Shown here: positions 9,045 through 17,905 of the stretch, piece by piece
Position numbering within the stretch: the stretch's first letter is position 1
Layout of the letters: every line of letters starts with the position of its first letter
Source: Bacteroidaceae bacterium
Lineage (GTDB): Bacteria; Bacillota; Clostridia; Oscillospirales; Oscillospiraceae
Direction of reading: 5' to 3'
Length of the DNA stretch: 64,000 nt
NCBI GenBank assembly: GCA_963634265.1
Contig: CAVHCH010000067.1
Span: 6,787 to 70,786 of the forward strand
Program-made: the position numbers and the translations under genes
The notes under the pieces: model-generated
Databases searched by the model: none
Told to the model about the DNA's origin: nothing
Seen by the model: the letters and a program-made list of their open reading frames with translations, nothing else

Positions 9045-10640
9045 TCAGTTATCCATATCCTCCAATGCGTCCAGGCCCTTCTTGGCCTCCGGGCGGCTGT
9101 CGCCGTGGTGGACGAAGTGCATGGTCACGAGAGCCAGGGCGGAGAACACCGCCGCGTAGGGGAAGAGCACCGTCATGCCCAGCTTATCCATCAGCAGGCC
9201 GGAGAGCATGGGGGTAGCCACCTGGGCGGCCATGGAGGCGGTGTAATACAGGCCCGTATACCGGCCCACATCCTGCTCCGAGCACATCTCCACCACCATG
9301 GGGAAGGAGTTGACATTGATGGTGGCCCAGGCGATGCCCGCCAGGGCGAACATGGCGTTCATGAGCATGGCGGGGCTGTTATCCCGCAGGAAGGCCGCCA
9401 CGCCGAAGGCCGTAGCCAGCATGATAACGCCGGCGCAGATGGTCTTTTTCCGGCCCACCTTGGAGGCGATCATGCCCACGGGCAGGTAGGAAATAATGGC
9501 CGCCGCCTGGGCAATGATGAGGGTGAGGTTATAGTCCTTATGGAGAATATTGCTGGCGTAGACGGAGTATTTGCTGGTGACGGCGTTATAGCCGAAGAAC
9601 CACAGGACGATGGACAGGAGAATGAAGATCATGGACTTCTTCTCCTCCGGGGACAGGCCGCTCTTGGCGGCGGGCTGGACCTGGGCCTCGTGGGTCTCCG
9701 TGCCGTCGTCGGTCTCCACCGTCTCGGGCTTGTCCTCCAGGCCGTAGCGCACGGAGTCCTGGACCATCTGGGCGGCCCACTCCGGCTCCCGGACGGTGAG
9801 CAGGAAGATCACCAGAGCCGTGAGCATGATGGCGGCAATGACGGCGAAATAGCCGGTGTAGCTCATGAGGGAGTTGCGCACGGAGGCGGTAGCGAAGACC
9901 ATGCCCAGCACCAGGACCAGGATGCCGCCGGCGGAGCCCATGAGGTTTATGACGGCGTTGGCCTTACTGCGCAAGGGCTTCACGGTGACATCGGGCATCA
10001 GGGCCACCGCCGGGGAGCGGAAGGTAGCCATGCTCACCAGCACCACCAGCAGCAGGGCGATGAAGAAGATCAGCGTAGTGGGGCTCTCCGCTGTGGTCTG
10101 CCAGGCGTAGGCCTGCCGGGCGGGGACCACATAATTGGTATAGTCGGGATTGGTGAGGGTCTTCTCCCCCTCCTGGATCTGGCTGCGGATGGCGGCAAAC
10201 TCCTCCTGGGTGAACTGCTCGCCCAGGGTAAACTTCACTCCGTCGGGGGTCAGGAGGGTCTCGTCCTTCTCCTTTTCGTAAATGGTCACCAGGGCGGCGG
10301 GGTCGTCGATGGTCGCCACATCTTTAATATTGTGCAGTTGGGCCAGGTCCACGAAGCTCAGGCCCACCAGGGCCACGGCGGCGATGAGGGTGCCCACCAC
10401 GATGAAGGGGGTGCGGCGGCCCTTTTTGCTGTGGCTGCGGTCGGAAATGGCGCCGAACAGGGGCAGCAGGAACAGGGCCAGGACATTATCCAGGGCCATG
10501 ATGACGCCGGACCAGGTCTGGGACATACCGAATTTATTGGTGAGGATCAGGGGGATGGTGTTGTCGTAGGCCTGCCAAAAGGCGCAGATCAGGAAAAAGG
10601 CAAAGCCCACCAGGATCGTCCGCTTGTAGTTAAGTTTCAT
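9045..10640 (-). CDS. MFS transporter (GPH/sugar-like)
   Basis: About 12 hydrophobic segments, GAISDR..KGRRTPF motif, large extracellular loop. Confidence 0.88.
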   Translation of the reverse strand: MKLNYKRTILVGFAFFLICAFWQAYDNTIPLILTNKFGMSQTWSGVIMALDNVLALFLLPLFGAISDRSHSKKGRRTPFIVVGTLIAAVALVGLSFVDLAQLHNIKDVATIDDPAALVTIYEKEKDETLLTPDGVKFTLGEQFTQEEFAAIRSQIQEGEKTLTNPDYTNYVVPARQAYAWQTTAESPTTLIFFIALLLVVLVSMATFRSPAVALMPDVTVKPLRSKANAVINLMGSAGGILVLVLGMVFATASVRNSLMSYTGYFAVIAAIMLTALVIFLLTVREPEWAAQMVQDSVRYGLEDKPETVETDDGTETHEAQVQPAAKSGLSPEEKKSMIFILLSIVLWFFGYNAVTSKYSVYASNILHKDYNLTLIIAQAAAIISYLPVGMIASKVGRKKTICAGVIMLATAFGVAAFLRDNSPAMLMNAMFALAGIAWATINVNSFPMVVEMCSEQDVGRYTGLYYTASMAAQVATPMLSGLLMDKLGMTVLFPYAAVFSALALVTMHFVHHGDSRPEAKKGLDALEDMDN

Positions 10641-11446
10641 GGTTTATCCTCCGTTTTTTGCAGTTCTTGCAGAAGCTCTGCAATGTCCCGGCGCACCCAG
10701 GTGGGATGGACGCCGTAGGTTTCTATATCCGCCTCCGTCCCCTCGCCGGAGAGGACGAACACCGTGTCGATGCCGGCATTTGCGCCGCAGGCTATATCCG
10801 TGTAGAGCCGGTCGCCCAGGAGCACCGTCTGGGCGGGGGTGAAGCCTGTGCGGGCCATAGCGAGCAGGGCCATATCCGGCTGGGGCTTGCCCAAAAAGCG
10901 GGGGGTGCGGCCGGTGGCGGTGGTGAGCATACGGCAGACGCTGCCGCAGTCGGGGACGGAGCCGTACCAGGTAGGGCAGACCCAGTCCGGGTTGGTGGCC
11001 CAGAACTCGGCCCCGCGATTGAGGAGAATGCAGGCGTCCTCCAGCTTTTGAAAGGTCAGCTCCCGGTCGAAGCCGCAGAGGAGCATATCCACATCCGGGT
11101 CGGGCCTATCCGTGACGGGGATGCCGGCGCTCTCCAGCTGGGCGTAAAAGGAGCGGGTGCCGAAGACATAGCATTTCTTCCCCGGGCGCTCCTTTTGCAG
11201 GGCGGCGATGGTCACATCCACGGAGGTAAGGTAGTCGGACTTGTCCGTCTCAATGCCCAGGCGGCGCATTTTTTCGATGTAGCCCTCCACGCCCCGGGAG
11301 GAATTATTGGTGAGGAAGAGGTAGCGGCCACCCACCCGGCGGATGTAGTGCAGGAAGGAGATGACGCCGTCGAAGAGGCGGTCGTCTAAGTAGATGGTGC
11401 CGTCCATATCCAGGAGAAAGAGGCGTTTTTCGCGCAGCGCGGGCAT
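10637..11446 (-). CDS. HAD-IIA (NagD-like) phosphatase
   Basis: DMDGT, LTNNS, TNPD, GKP, GDRLYTDI motifs. Start moved to ATG 11446 because the track's longer start runs through repeats. Confidence 0.92.
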   Translation of the reverse strand: MPALREKRLFLLDMDGTIYLDDRLFDGVISFLHYIRRVGGRYLFLTNNSSRGVEGYIEKMRRLGIETDKSDYLTSVDVTIAALQKERPGKKCYVFGTRSFYAQLESAGIPVTDRPDPDVDMLLCGFDRELTFQKLEDACILLNRGAEFWATNPDWVCPTWYGSVPDCGSVCRMLTTATGRTPRFLGKPQPDMALLAMARTGFTPAQTVLLGDRLYTDIACGANAGIDTVFVLSGEGTEADIETYGVHPTWVRRDIAELLQELQKTEDKP

Positions 11447-11564
11447 GGGGTCCCCCCTTTTACATATAAATACGATGTTATCATAGCACAAAGCCGCCTT
11501 GCAAGCAAGCAAAACGGCTTTGGGGGCGGAAAAAATTGTGTGGGGCGCGTTTGGGGGTGCTGGG

Positions 11565-11700
11565 GCCGACCCTTCCGGCGCTTCGCGCCACCTCCCCTTA
11601 CGCAGGGGAGGCTTTGGGGACGGGGGATGCGGATTGCCACGGGCGCTTTGCGCCCTCGCAATGACATGGGGTTTTACACGGGGTGCATGGTCGGCGGGAC
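11565..11700. repeat. Palindromic repeat cluster
   Basis: GACCCTTCCGGCGCTTCGCGCCACCTCCCCTTACGCAGGGGAGGC followed by GGATTGCCAC..CTCGCAATGAC. Confidence 0.85.
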
Positions 11701-11708
11701 ACATTATT

Positions 11709-13112
11709 TCATGTGTTATCTTTCTTGGCGGAGCGGCGGAGGAGGAGGGAGCGGAGGGCTTTGCCGTCCCAGGGGATCAGGGGGTAGAGGTAGCCCCGGC
11801 CGGCTATGGGTTTGGCGGTGGCCATGAGGACCAGGACGCCCACCAGGCCCAGGGCGAAGCCCCACCAGCGCAGGGCGAAGGCGCACAGCAGCAGGGCCAT
11901 GCGGCAGAGCTTGCAGGCGTAGCCCATCTCGAAGCTGTGCTGGGCGAAGTTGCTCACGGCCACGAAGGCCATATACACCAGCACCTCCGGCACCAGCCAT
12001 CGGGACTGCACCGCAAAATCGCCCAGGATCAGCGCGCCCAGCATACTGAAGGAATTGCCCAGCACATCCGGGGTATTCAGAGACGCCAGCTTCAAAACAT
12101 CGATGATAAGCTCCACCAGCAGCAGCTGTAGGGCCAGGGGCACGGCGTAGTCGCCCTCCACCAGGAGGAAGTCCCAGGGCTCCCGCAGGCCCGCCGGGTC
12201 CGTGGCCAGGAGATACCACAACGGCGTGATGATGACATTCAGCAGCATCACGAAAAAGCGGATGATGCGCAGGTAGGTGCCCACCAGGGGCGGGAAATAG
12301 TAGTCGTTTATCTCCTCGTTGAAGCGCAGGAGAGACACGGGGAGGATCATGACGGCGGGGGTGTTGTCGATGAGCAGGAGGATGTTGCCCTCCATCAAAG
12401 AGGCGGTGGCTACATCCGGGCGCTCGGTGTAGCGGGTCTTGGGAAAGGGGTTATACCACTGGCGGGGGGCGATGGCCTCGGCGATGGTCTCCTGGCTCAT
12501 GGCGACGGACTGGACGGGGGCATTGCGGAGCTTTTCCCGGAGCTGGGAGAGGAGCTTGCGGTCTGCCTTGCCCTCCAGGTAGCACAGGGCCACATCGCAC
12601 TGGGAGCGGCGGCTGACCCGCACGCGCTCCAGGGTCAGGGCCGGGTCGCGGATGCGGCGGCGCAGGAGGGCGGCGTTTTCCATGATGCTCTCCACGAAGC
12701 CGTCGTGACTGCCCCGGAGGACCTTGCCGGAGTCCGGCTCCTGGACGGAGCGGGTGGGGTACTCCTTGGCATCCAGCAGCAGGCCGCCGTCGTAGCCCTC
12801 CACCACCAGGAGCGTTTTGCCCGCAAACACATCCGTGGCCGCCTGCATACGGTCGCGGCAGGTCTCGGCGTCGCAGACGGTGACATAGCGGCGCAGGAGG
12901 GTGTCCAGGTCGGGGATGCCCGCGAGCGTGGGCAGGGCCTGGAGCTTTTCTACGGCCCGCTCTAAGAGCAGGTCTTTGGCGTAGCCGTTGACCACCCAGA
13001 GCTTGGCCCGGCGGCCCCCGACGCAGAGCTCCCGGCTCACCATGTCAAAGCAGCGGCCCACGCCCAGCAGGTCGTCCAATTGGCGGCATTTTTCTTCAAA
13101 GGGTCGGTTCAT
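11709..13112 (-). CDS. Spore germination GerA/SpoVAF-family protein
   Basis: PTRSVQEPD..KVLRGSHDGFVE, NPFPKTRYTERPD motifs and a C-terminal TM region. Confidence 0.9.
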   Translation of the reverse strand: MNRPFEEKCRQLDDLLGVGRCFDMVSRELCVGGRRAKLWVVNGYAKDLLLERAVEKLQALPTLAGIPDLDTLLRRYVTVCDAETCRDRMQAATDVFAGKTLLVVEGYDGGLLLDAKEYPTRSVQEPDSGKVLRGSHDGFVESIMENAALLRRRIRDPALTLERVRVSRRSQCDVALCYLEGKADRKLLSQLREKLRNAPVQSVAMSQETIAEAIAPRQWYNPFPKTRYTERPDVATASLMEGNILLLIDNTPAVMILPVSLLRFNEEINDYYFPPLVGTYLRIIRFFVMLLNVIITPLWYLLATDPAGLREPWDFLLVEGDYAVPLALQLLLVELIIDVLKLASLNTPDVLGNSFSMLGALILGDFAVQSRWLVPEVLVYMAFVAVSNFAQHSFEMGYACKLCRMALLLCAFALRWWGFALGLVGVLVLMATAKPIAGRGYLYPLIPWDGKALRSLLLRRSAKKDNT

Positions 13113-13244
13113 AGTGCCCCCTCCGTTTTTCCGAATTATGGGTATAGTATGGGCAAAAAAAGAACCGGGCATACGCCCGGAAGGGATGGTCGGAGAGAAA
13201 AGATGAAAGAGGAAAGCTGGGGGTAGGGTGCGAGAGGGGCGGGG

Positions 13245-13340
13245 TGGCGACCCTTCCGGCGCTTCGCGCCACCTCCCCTTACGCAGGGGAGGCTTTTTTG
13301 GGGGGCGCGGGGCGGGCGGGGTATGATCGCCCCGCCCGGT
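13245..13340. repeat. Palindromic repeat cluster
   Basis: Same CCCTTCCGGCGCTTCGCGCCACCTCCCCTTACGCAGGGGAGGC unit as at 11568, 16422 and 36323. Confidence 0.8.
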
Positions 13341-13346
13341 TTGGAT

Positions 13347-14741
13347 TTAGATGGTTTTCTCGAAATAGAAATAGGTGTCGTCTTGGGTGGTTTGGCGCAT
13401 GGAGGCGGAGAGCATTTTATAGGAGGCGGCGTTTTCGTGGAAGCACTTGGCTGCCACCCGGGCAAGGCCCAGGCCGTAGAGGGTCCAGTGGGCGGCGGCG
13501 GCGAAGGCCTCGGTGCCGTAGCCGTTTCCCGCGTATTCCGGGGCTATGCGGCAGCCCAGCTCGGCTCCGCCACGCCAGTCCAGGTTATACAGCACCGCTT
13601 CGCCGATACAGTTTCCGTCCAGGCGGACGGCGAAGTTCACGCAGCGGCGCAGGCGGAAGTCCTCTTGGGCCGTCTTTAGGAAATAGTCCTCTATGGGGAT
13701 GCCGTCGTAATCCTTGTGCCAGTCGTAGCCCCAGAGACGGTTGCGGTCGTCGTCCAGGCAGAGGGCATTATAGGACAATTTGTCCTTTTCCGTCAGAGCG
13801 TTCAGGGTCAGGCGGTCCGTTTTTAGGGTGGGGATCTCGTGGAGACGGTCTAACTCGCTGCCCACCTCGAAGCAGAGCTTGCCGGCCAGGGCCGCCGGGA
13901 GGTACTGCATTTTGGAGGTGCGCAGGCCCTTGTCCCGGGCGTCGTCCTCCCGGTTCATCCACTGGACGGACGCATCGCAGTGCTGGGCGAAGGCCTGGAC
14001 CATGGTGGGATAGGCACCGGGGCAGGAGTACAGGGCCTTTTCGATGTGGACCTGCATGGTGCTGCCGCACTGCTCGCCCATGCTGATGGCAAGCAGGCGG
14101 CCCTGGTGGAGCAGGCCCCCGGCCACGAACCAGTCGCCGGACAGATGGCGCAGCATCTCTTTCGCCAGGCGCAGCTCGTTTTGGGCGATGGCGCTCTGCT
14201 TGGAAAACTCCGCCCCGTAGTCCTGCCAAAACTGCTCCAAAAGCGGCTCGTCCGCCCCGGTCAGGGGCACATATTCCGCATCCGGAAAGAGCTTGCGGAA
14301 CTTATTAATGTGGTTGCGCTGGCCGCTGTAACGGCGTCCTGCAAAGGCGGCCATATCCTCCCGGCGGTAAAGGTAGTCCTTCCAGGGGCGCTCGCTTAAA
14401 AGCCGCACCACCGGGTAGCGCAGGAAAAGCCGCCCGGCCTCCCCCTCCGGCACCACAGAGATCACCGGGCGCACGCCCTGCTCGGTGCAGTATTTTTCGA
14501 TGAGGGTCAGGGCCGCGTCCACATCTCCCTCCGGGCCGGGGACGGGGAAATCGAACTGGTAGCGTCCGTCAATTTCGTTGCGGACAATGAGGCAGCCCGC
14601 CGCCTCGCAGTAGGCCGGGTGCAGCACGCCCCCCCACATGAGCTTCACGCCCACGGAATACTCGCACAGGCGGTAGTCACAATTGATATAGTAAGGTCTT
14701 AATTTCTCCGCGTTTTGCGGGGTAACAGGTTCAAAATTCAT
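13347..14741 (-). CDS. DUF2156/LPG-synthase-C-like GNAT domain fused to a RimJ/RimL-type GNAT acetyltransferase
   Basis: DYLY, RNHINKF, HIEKA, NREDD..GLRTSK motifs; C-terminal LKTDRLTL...ELGCRIAPEYAGNGYGTEA...NAASYKML. Confidence 0.82.
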   Translation of the reverse strand: MNFEPVTPQNAEKLRPYYINCDYRLCEYSVGVKLMWGGVLHPAYCEAAGCLIVRNEIDGRYQFDFPVPGPEGDVDAALTLIEKYCTEQGVRPVISVVPEGEAGRLFLRYPVVRLLSERPWKDYLYRREDMAAFAGRRYSGQRNHINKFRKLFPDAEYVPLTGADEPLLEQFWQDYGAEFSKQSAIAQNELRLAKEMLRHLSGDWFVAGGLLHQGRLLAISMGEQCGSTMQVHIEKALYSCPGAYPTMVQAFAQHCDASVQWMNREDDARDKGLRTSKMQYLPAALAGKLCFEVGSELDRLHEIPTLKTDRLTLNALTEKDKLSYNALCLDDDRNRLWGYDWHKDYDGIPIEDYFLKTAQEDFRLRRCVNFAVRLDGNCIGEAVLYNLDWRGGAELGCRIAPEYAGNGYGTEAFAAAAHWTLYGLGLARVAAKCFHENAASYKMLSASMRQTTQDDTYFYFEKTI

Positions 14742-15610
14742 AATGCGATGTTCTCCAGAATCTCTTTTGTCTCAGTGATGAAGCGCCGGGCAATGGGGCG
14801 CAGCTCCTTTTTCGACCGCACGGCGATGCCCAGCTCCCGGACGGCGGGCGGGTCCATGGGCACGGCCACCACATTGTCCCGGCGGCCCCGGAGCACCAGC
14901 TCCGACAGGATGCTCACCCCCAGGCCATGCTCCACCATGGAGATGATGACGCTGTCGCTGACATGGGTCTCCTGGATGTTGGGCTGCACATCGCCCAGGG
15001 CGCGCATGATGTCCAAATGGAAGCCCAGAGACGGCATGAGAAAGTCCAGCCCCTCCAGGCAGGAGACGGGTAGGCTGGTGCGGCCTTGCAGGTCGTAATC
15101 CGGCGGGAGGATGGCCAGGAGCGGGTCATTGCGCAGGTGGATCCAGTCGAAATTGCCGCCCTCCTGGCGGGAGGCGAAGCACATATCCACCTTGTCCTCC
15201 CGGACCCAACCGTAGACCTCCTGGACACTGCCCATCTGAATATCCACCGCCACATCCGGGTGCCGGTCCCGGAAGCGCTGGATCAGCTCCGGCAGCCAGT
15301 GCATGGCGATGCTGGCGTAGGAGGCCACGCGGATGGTCTCCTCCCGGCGGGTATTGATGAGGCGGATCTCCCGCTCCAGGGTGTCCCCGGCCCGGAGGAA
15401 GTCCTCGATCATGGGCAGGACCCGCTCCCCGGCGGCGGTGAGGCGGATGCCGTTGCGGCCACGCACCAGGAGGGCAAAGCCGATGTCCTTTTCCAGGCTG
15501 TTCATCATGTGGGTGAGGCCGGACTGGGTGTAGCCCAGCACCTCCGCCGCCCGGGTAAAGCTGCCCGTGCGCACCGCCATCACCAGCGCCTCCAGTTTTT
15601 TGGTCTCCAT
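14738..15610 (-). CDS. LysR-family transcriptional regulator
   Basis: GSFTRAAEVLGYTQSGLTHMMNSLE HTH and a substrate-binding domain. Confidence 0.96.
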   Translation of the reverse strand: METKKLEALVMAVRTGSFTRAAEVLGYTQSGLTHMMNSLEKDIGFALLVRGRNGIRLTAAGERVLPMIEDFLRAGDTLEREIRLINTRREETIRVASYASIAMHWLPELIQRFRDRHPDVAVDIQMGSVQEVYGWVREDKVDMCFASRQEGGNFDWIHLRNDPLLAILPPDYDLQGRTSLPVSCLEGLDFLMPSLGFHLDIMRALGDVQPNIQETHVSDSVIISMVEHGLGVSILSELVLRGRRDNVVAVPMDPPAVRELGIAVRSKKELRPIARRFITETKEILENIAL

Positions 15611-15771
15611 GGACTGCTCCTCCTTCCATGCTTGTATGTCATATATGTGTTATACGCCGATTTTACGGGAATTGCAATAGCTTTTGCAACAGGTACCATC
15701 GGTTGGCAAGGGCAGACACGGTTTTGACGGGCAGAAATGCTGCGCACCTGCCAGCGATGGCATCATTTGAA

Positions 15772-15837
15772 TATGACATATTCTCATAGAAAAATGAATA
15801 CTTGTCGCTTTACAAACAGGTGGGGGCGGAGTATAGT
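15772..15837 (+). promoter_or_regulatory. LysR box plus sigma-A promoter divergent from lysR
   Basis: TATGA-N7-TCATA (T-N11-A) at 15772-15788; TTTACA (15809-15814)-17-TATAGT (15832-15837). Confidence 0.65.
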
Positions 15838-15842
15838 ATGCC

Positions 15843-15928
15843 CATAGTAATTCCATACATGAATTGCTTTTCCTTTCTATCCTCAAACCTATAAAGGCCG
15901 CCTTTTTTAAGGCGGCCTTTATAGGTTT
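15843..15928 (+). ncRNA. Putative LysR-controlled small RNA
   Basis: Promoter followed by about 85 nt with a TTTTCCTTTCT tract and an 18-bp perfect hairpin (15885-15928); no SD-led ORF. Confidence 0.45.
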
Positions 15929-15932
15929 AAGA

Positions 15933-16118
15933 CTGTCGAAAATTCCTGCGGAATTTTCCGACAAGGGATTGCAGCCTGCTGCGCGCATAATTTTTGCGCG
16001 GAGCGCAAAAATTCCACACTTGCAGGCTGAAAGGTATTTTTCTCCACGCGCATGTCGCGGTGAAAAATGATCCCAATTTTTTTCCGCCTGCGGGCGGCAA
16101 ACTCTGCGAGGCTTTTTT
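15933..16118. repeat. ~185-bp structured dispersed repeat, copy 2 (inverted)
   Basis: Reverse complement matches 4700-4880 and 55423-55607. Confidence 0.85.
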
Positions 16119-16189
16119 CGTATATGGGGAGCGCCGGGCCGGAAGGCTCGGCGCTTTTGCGGGGTGGGGACAAGGGGTGTGGTGCGCAG

Positions 16190-16520
16190 CGGGCGGCGGG
16201 CGGGGCAGAGCCCTGCCCCTACGGGTAGGTTTCAATAGGTGCATTCGTTATCGGGCGGCGGGGTGAGGGCACCCCGCCCTACGGATAATAGGGGAATTAG
16301 TACGACCGGGTCGTCCAGGAGGCCGACCCCTACGGAAGTTTACAAGAACTGCGACCATTATCGGGCGGGACGATGTAGGCATCGTCCCCTACGGAGGGTC
16401 ACAAGGGGTGCAGTGGTGGGCGACCCTTCCGGCGCTTCGCGCCACCTCCCCTTACGCAGGGGAGGCTTTAGAGGAGGGATTGCCACAGCCAGTGTGCGCA
16501 CTGGCCTCGCAATGACACAT
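16190..16520. repeat. REP-like palindrome cluster
   Basis: Four palindrome-CCTAC (reverse GTAGG) units followed by the CCCTTCCGGCGC.. and GGATTGCCAC..GCAATGAC units. Confidence 0.85.
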
Positions 16521-16565
16521 AGCAGGTAGTGTGGAGGACGGGGTGATTTTGAGTGGTTTTGGGGG

Positions 16566-16790
16566 TTATTGCTCGGGGGCGGGATAGGGGGCGAATTGGT
16601 CGGTGCGGCCCAGGAGATAGTCGGTGCTGGTGGCGTAGAAATCCGCCAGGCGGAGGAGGACATCGGTGGGGATGTCGCGCTTGCCCATCTCATAATAGGA
16701 ATAGCAGACCTGGGAGCATTGCAGGTAGGCGGCCAGGTCCTTTTGCAGCAGGTCCCGGTCCTCCCGCAGGTCGCGGATGCGTCTATACAT
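16566..16790 (-). CDS. XRE-family HTH regulator
   Basis: RIRDLREDRDLLQKDLA..YSYYEMGKRDIP..STDYLLG; RBS AAAGGAGG. Confidence 0.92.
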   Translation of the reverse strand: MYRRIRDLREDRDLLQKDLAAYLQCSQVCYSYYEMGKRDIPTDVLLRLADFYATSTDYLLGRTDQFAPYPAPEQ

Positions 16791-16834
16791 GGCTTTGTGC
16801 CTCCTTTTTGGGGTGTCACAGAAAGTATAGACAA

Positions 16835-16877
16835 AACAAAATGTTTTATTGACATATATAACATTTTGTTATATTAT
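16835..16877 (+). promoter_or_regulatory. Promoter with overlapping inverted-repeat operator
   Basis: TTGACA (16849-16854)-17-TATTAT (16872-16877); AACAAAATGTT (16835-16845)/AACATTTTGTT (16860-16870). Confidence 0.7.
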
Positions 16878-16913
16878 TGGCACTAAGAAGAAATAATATT
16901 GGAGGGGCATATA

Positions 16914-17315
16914 ATGGCAAACAATCTCGAGCAAGGTAGTCAAGCACAATTTGAGGCAGAGGCATATAAGAGGAAACTCATAAACAAATATGTAGCCAGC
17001 CCTATTATGGCAGAAGTTTTGGATGTTATTTTGAGCGACAATGGAGATAAGCCAACTGAAATTGAGGTGCATTACAATTGCGTTGTAAGTCGACTGGATG
17101 ATATGATTCGCACATATGATTTCTTAAAGAATCAAGTCACATTTTTTGAAACTCAATATTTCAGCGATGGAATATGTACAAAGGCGGTATATCAAAGCGA
17201 AGCATTGGCGGAGGCAATTAATCGAATTCTGGGAGGGCATTATAGTATAGATCATAAAATTGAAGCGGATCGAATGGTTTTTGTTATGAGACTTGAGCCA
17301 TACAGAGCTTTTTGA
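16914..17315 (+). CDS. Hypothetical protein (AT-rich)
   Basis: 133-aa ORF with GGAGG RBS downstream of a strong promoter; visibly AT-rich; no recognisable motif. Confidence 0.7.
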   Translation: MANNLEQGSQAQFEAEAYKRKLINKYVASPIMAEVLDVILSDNGDKPTEIEVHYNCVVSRLDDMIRTYDFLKNQVTFFETQYFSDGICTKAVYQSEALAEAINRILGGHYSIDHKIEADRMVFVMRLEPYRAF

Positions 17316-17330
17316 AAGGAGGAAATTACA

Positions 17331-17516
17331 ATGGCGCGGTGTTATTATTTGGATTATGAGAGTAAGGGTTTTCTTAGCAGCTACGGGAGCGACGAGTATG
17401 TTTGCAAGCTGTGCGGGAAGCACTTTGCTACCAGTGACCCGCAGGTGAAGTACACTTGCAACGCCGACTACGGCGAGGAATACCAGAAGTGCCCGGTGTA
17501 CCGGGATCGGCGGTAA
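17331..17516 (+). CDS. Small Cys-containing hypothetical protein
   Basis: Strong RBS AAAGGAGG, CxxC plus three other Cys; terminator-like hairpin at 17533-17568. Confidence 0.7.
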   Translation: MARCYYLDYESKGFLSSYGSDEYVCKLCGKHFATSDPQVKYTCNADYGEEYQKCPVYRDRR

Positions 17517-17572
17517 TGGGATGATGGAAATGGCCCCGGGGGAGCGTTGGCTGCCTCGGGGTTTTTTTCGTT

Positions 17573-17762
17573 ACAAGGGGTGCGTTGCGTCGACCCCTCA
17601 GTCGCGGCGGAGCCGTGACAGCTCCCCCTTACGCAGGGGAGCCTTTAAGGACGGGAGTTACGGATTGCCACAGCCAGCGTTCGCGCTGGCTTCGCAATGA
17701 CAGTTTTTTTACAAGAGGTGCAATACAAGCCCGGACGGTGGGCTGGGGCAGGCCGCCCTACG
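17573..17762. repeat. Palindromic repeat cluster
   Basis: CCCCTCAGTC..CCCCTTACGCAGGGGAGCC and GGATTGCCAC..GCAATGAC units with ACAAG(G/A)GGTGC linkers. Confidence 0.8.
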
Positions 17763-17905
17763 ATCGGTTTTTACGGGCTTGTTTGAGTTCGTGAAAAATT
17801 TGTCTTGCTTTTTGGGCGCGGTTGGGGTACAATGCCTTCGGCGCGTTGCGCTGAAAATATGCGCTGCATCCGGGTTGGCCGGAGCGGCAGCAGGAGGTTT
17901 GAAAA

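Noticed and set aside
9018..10718. Long antisense ORFs (9018-10718 +, 21848-23314 +, 36637-38370 +, 53467-55473 +, 60224-62104 - and others)
   Set aside because: Shadow frames opposite well-supported genes, expected in high-GC coding DNA; no motifs or RBS.
15838..15894. 18-codon ORF MPIVIPYMNCFSFLSSNL after the LysR-linked promoter
   Set aside because: Its ATG directly abuts the -10 box, upstream of the expected start site, and has no SD; an RNA product is more plausible.
16190..16400. CRISPR array interpretation of repeat-spacer clusters (also 30690-31190, 36095-36482, 57893-58470)
   Set aside because: Repeats are not identical, orientation is mixed, spacing is irregular, there is no leader or cas gene, and the units are dispersed through the window like REPs.
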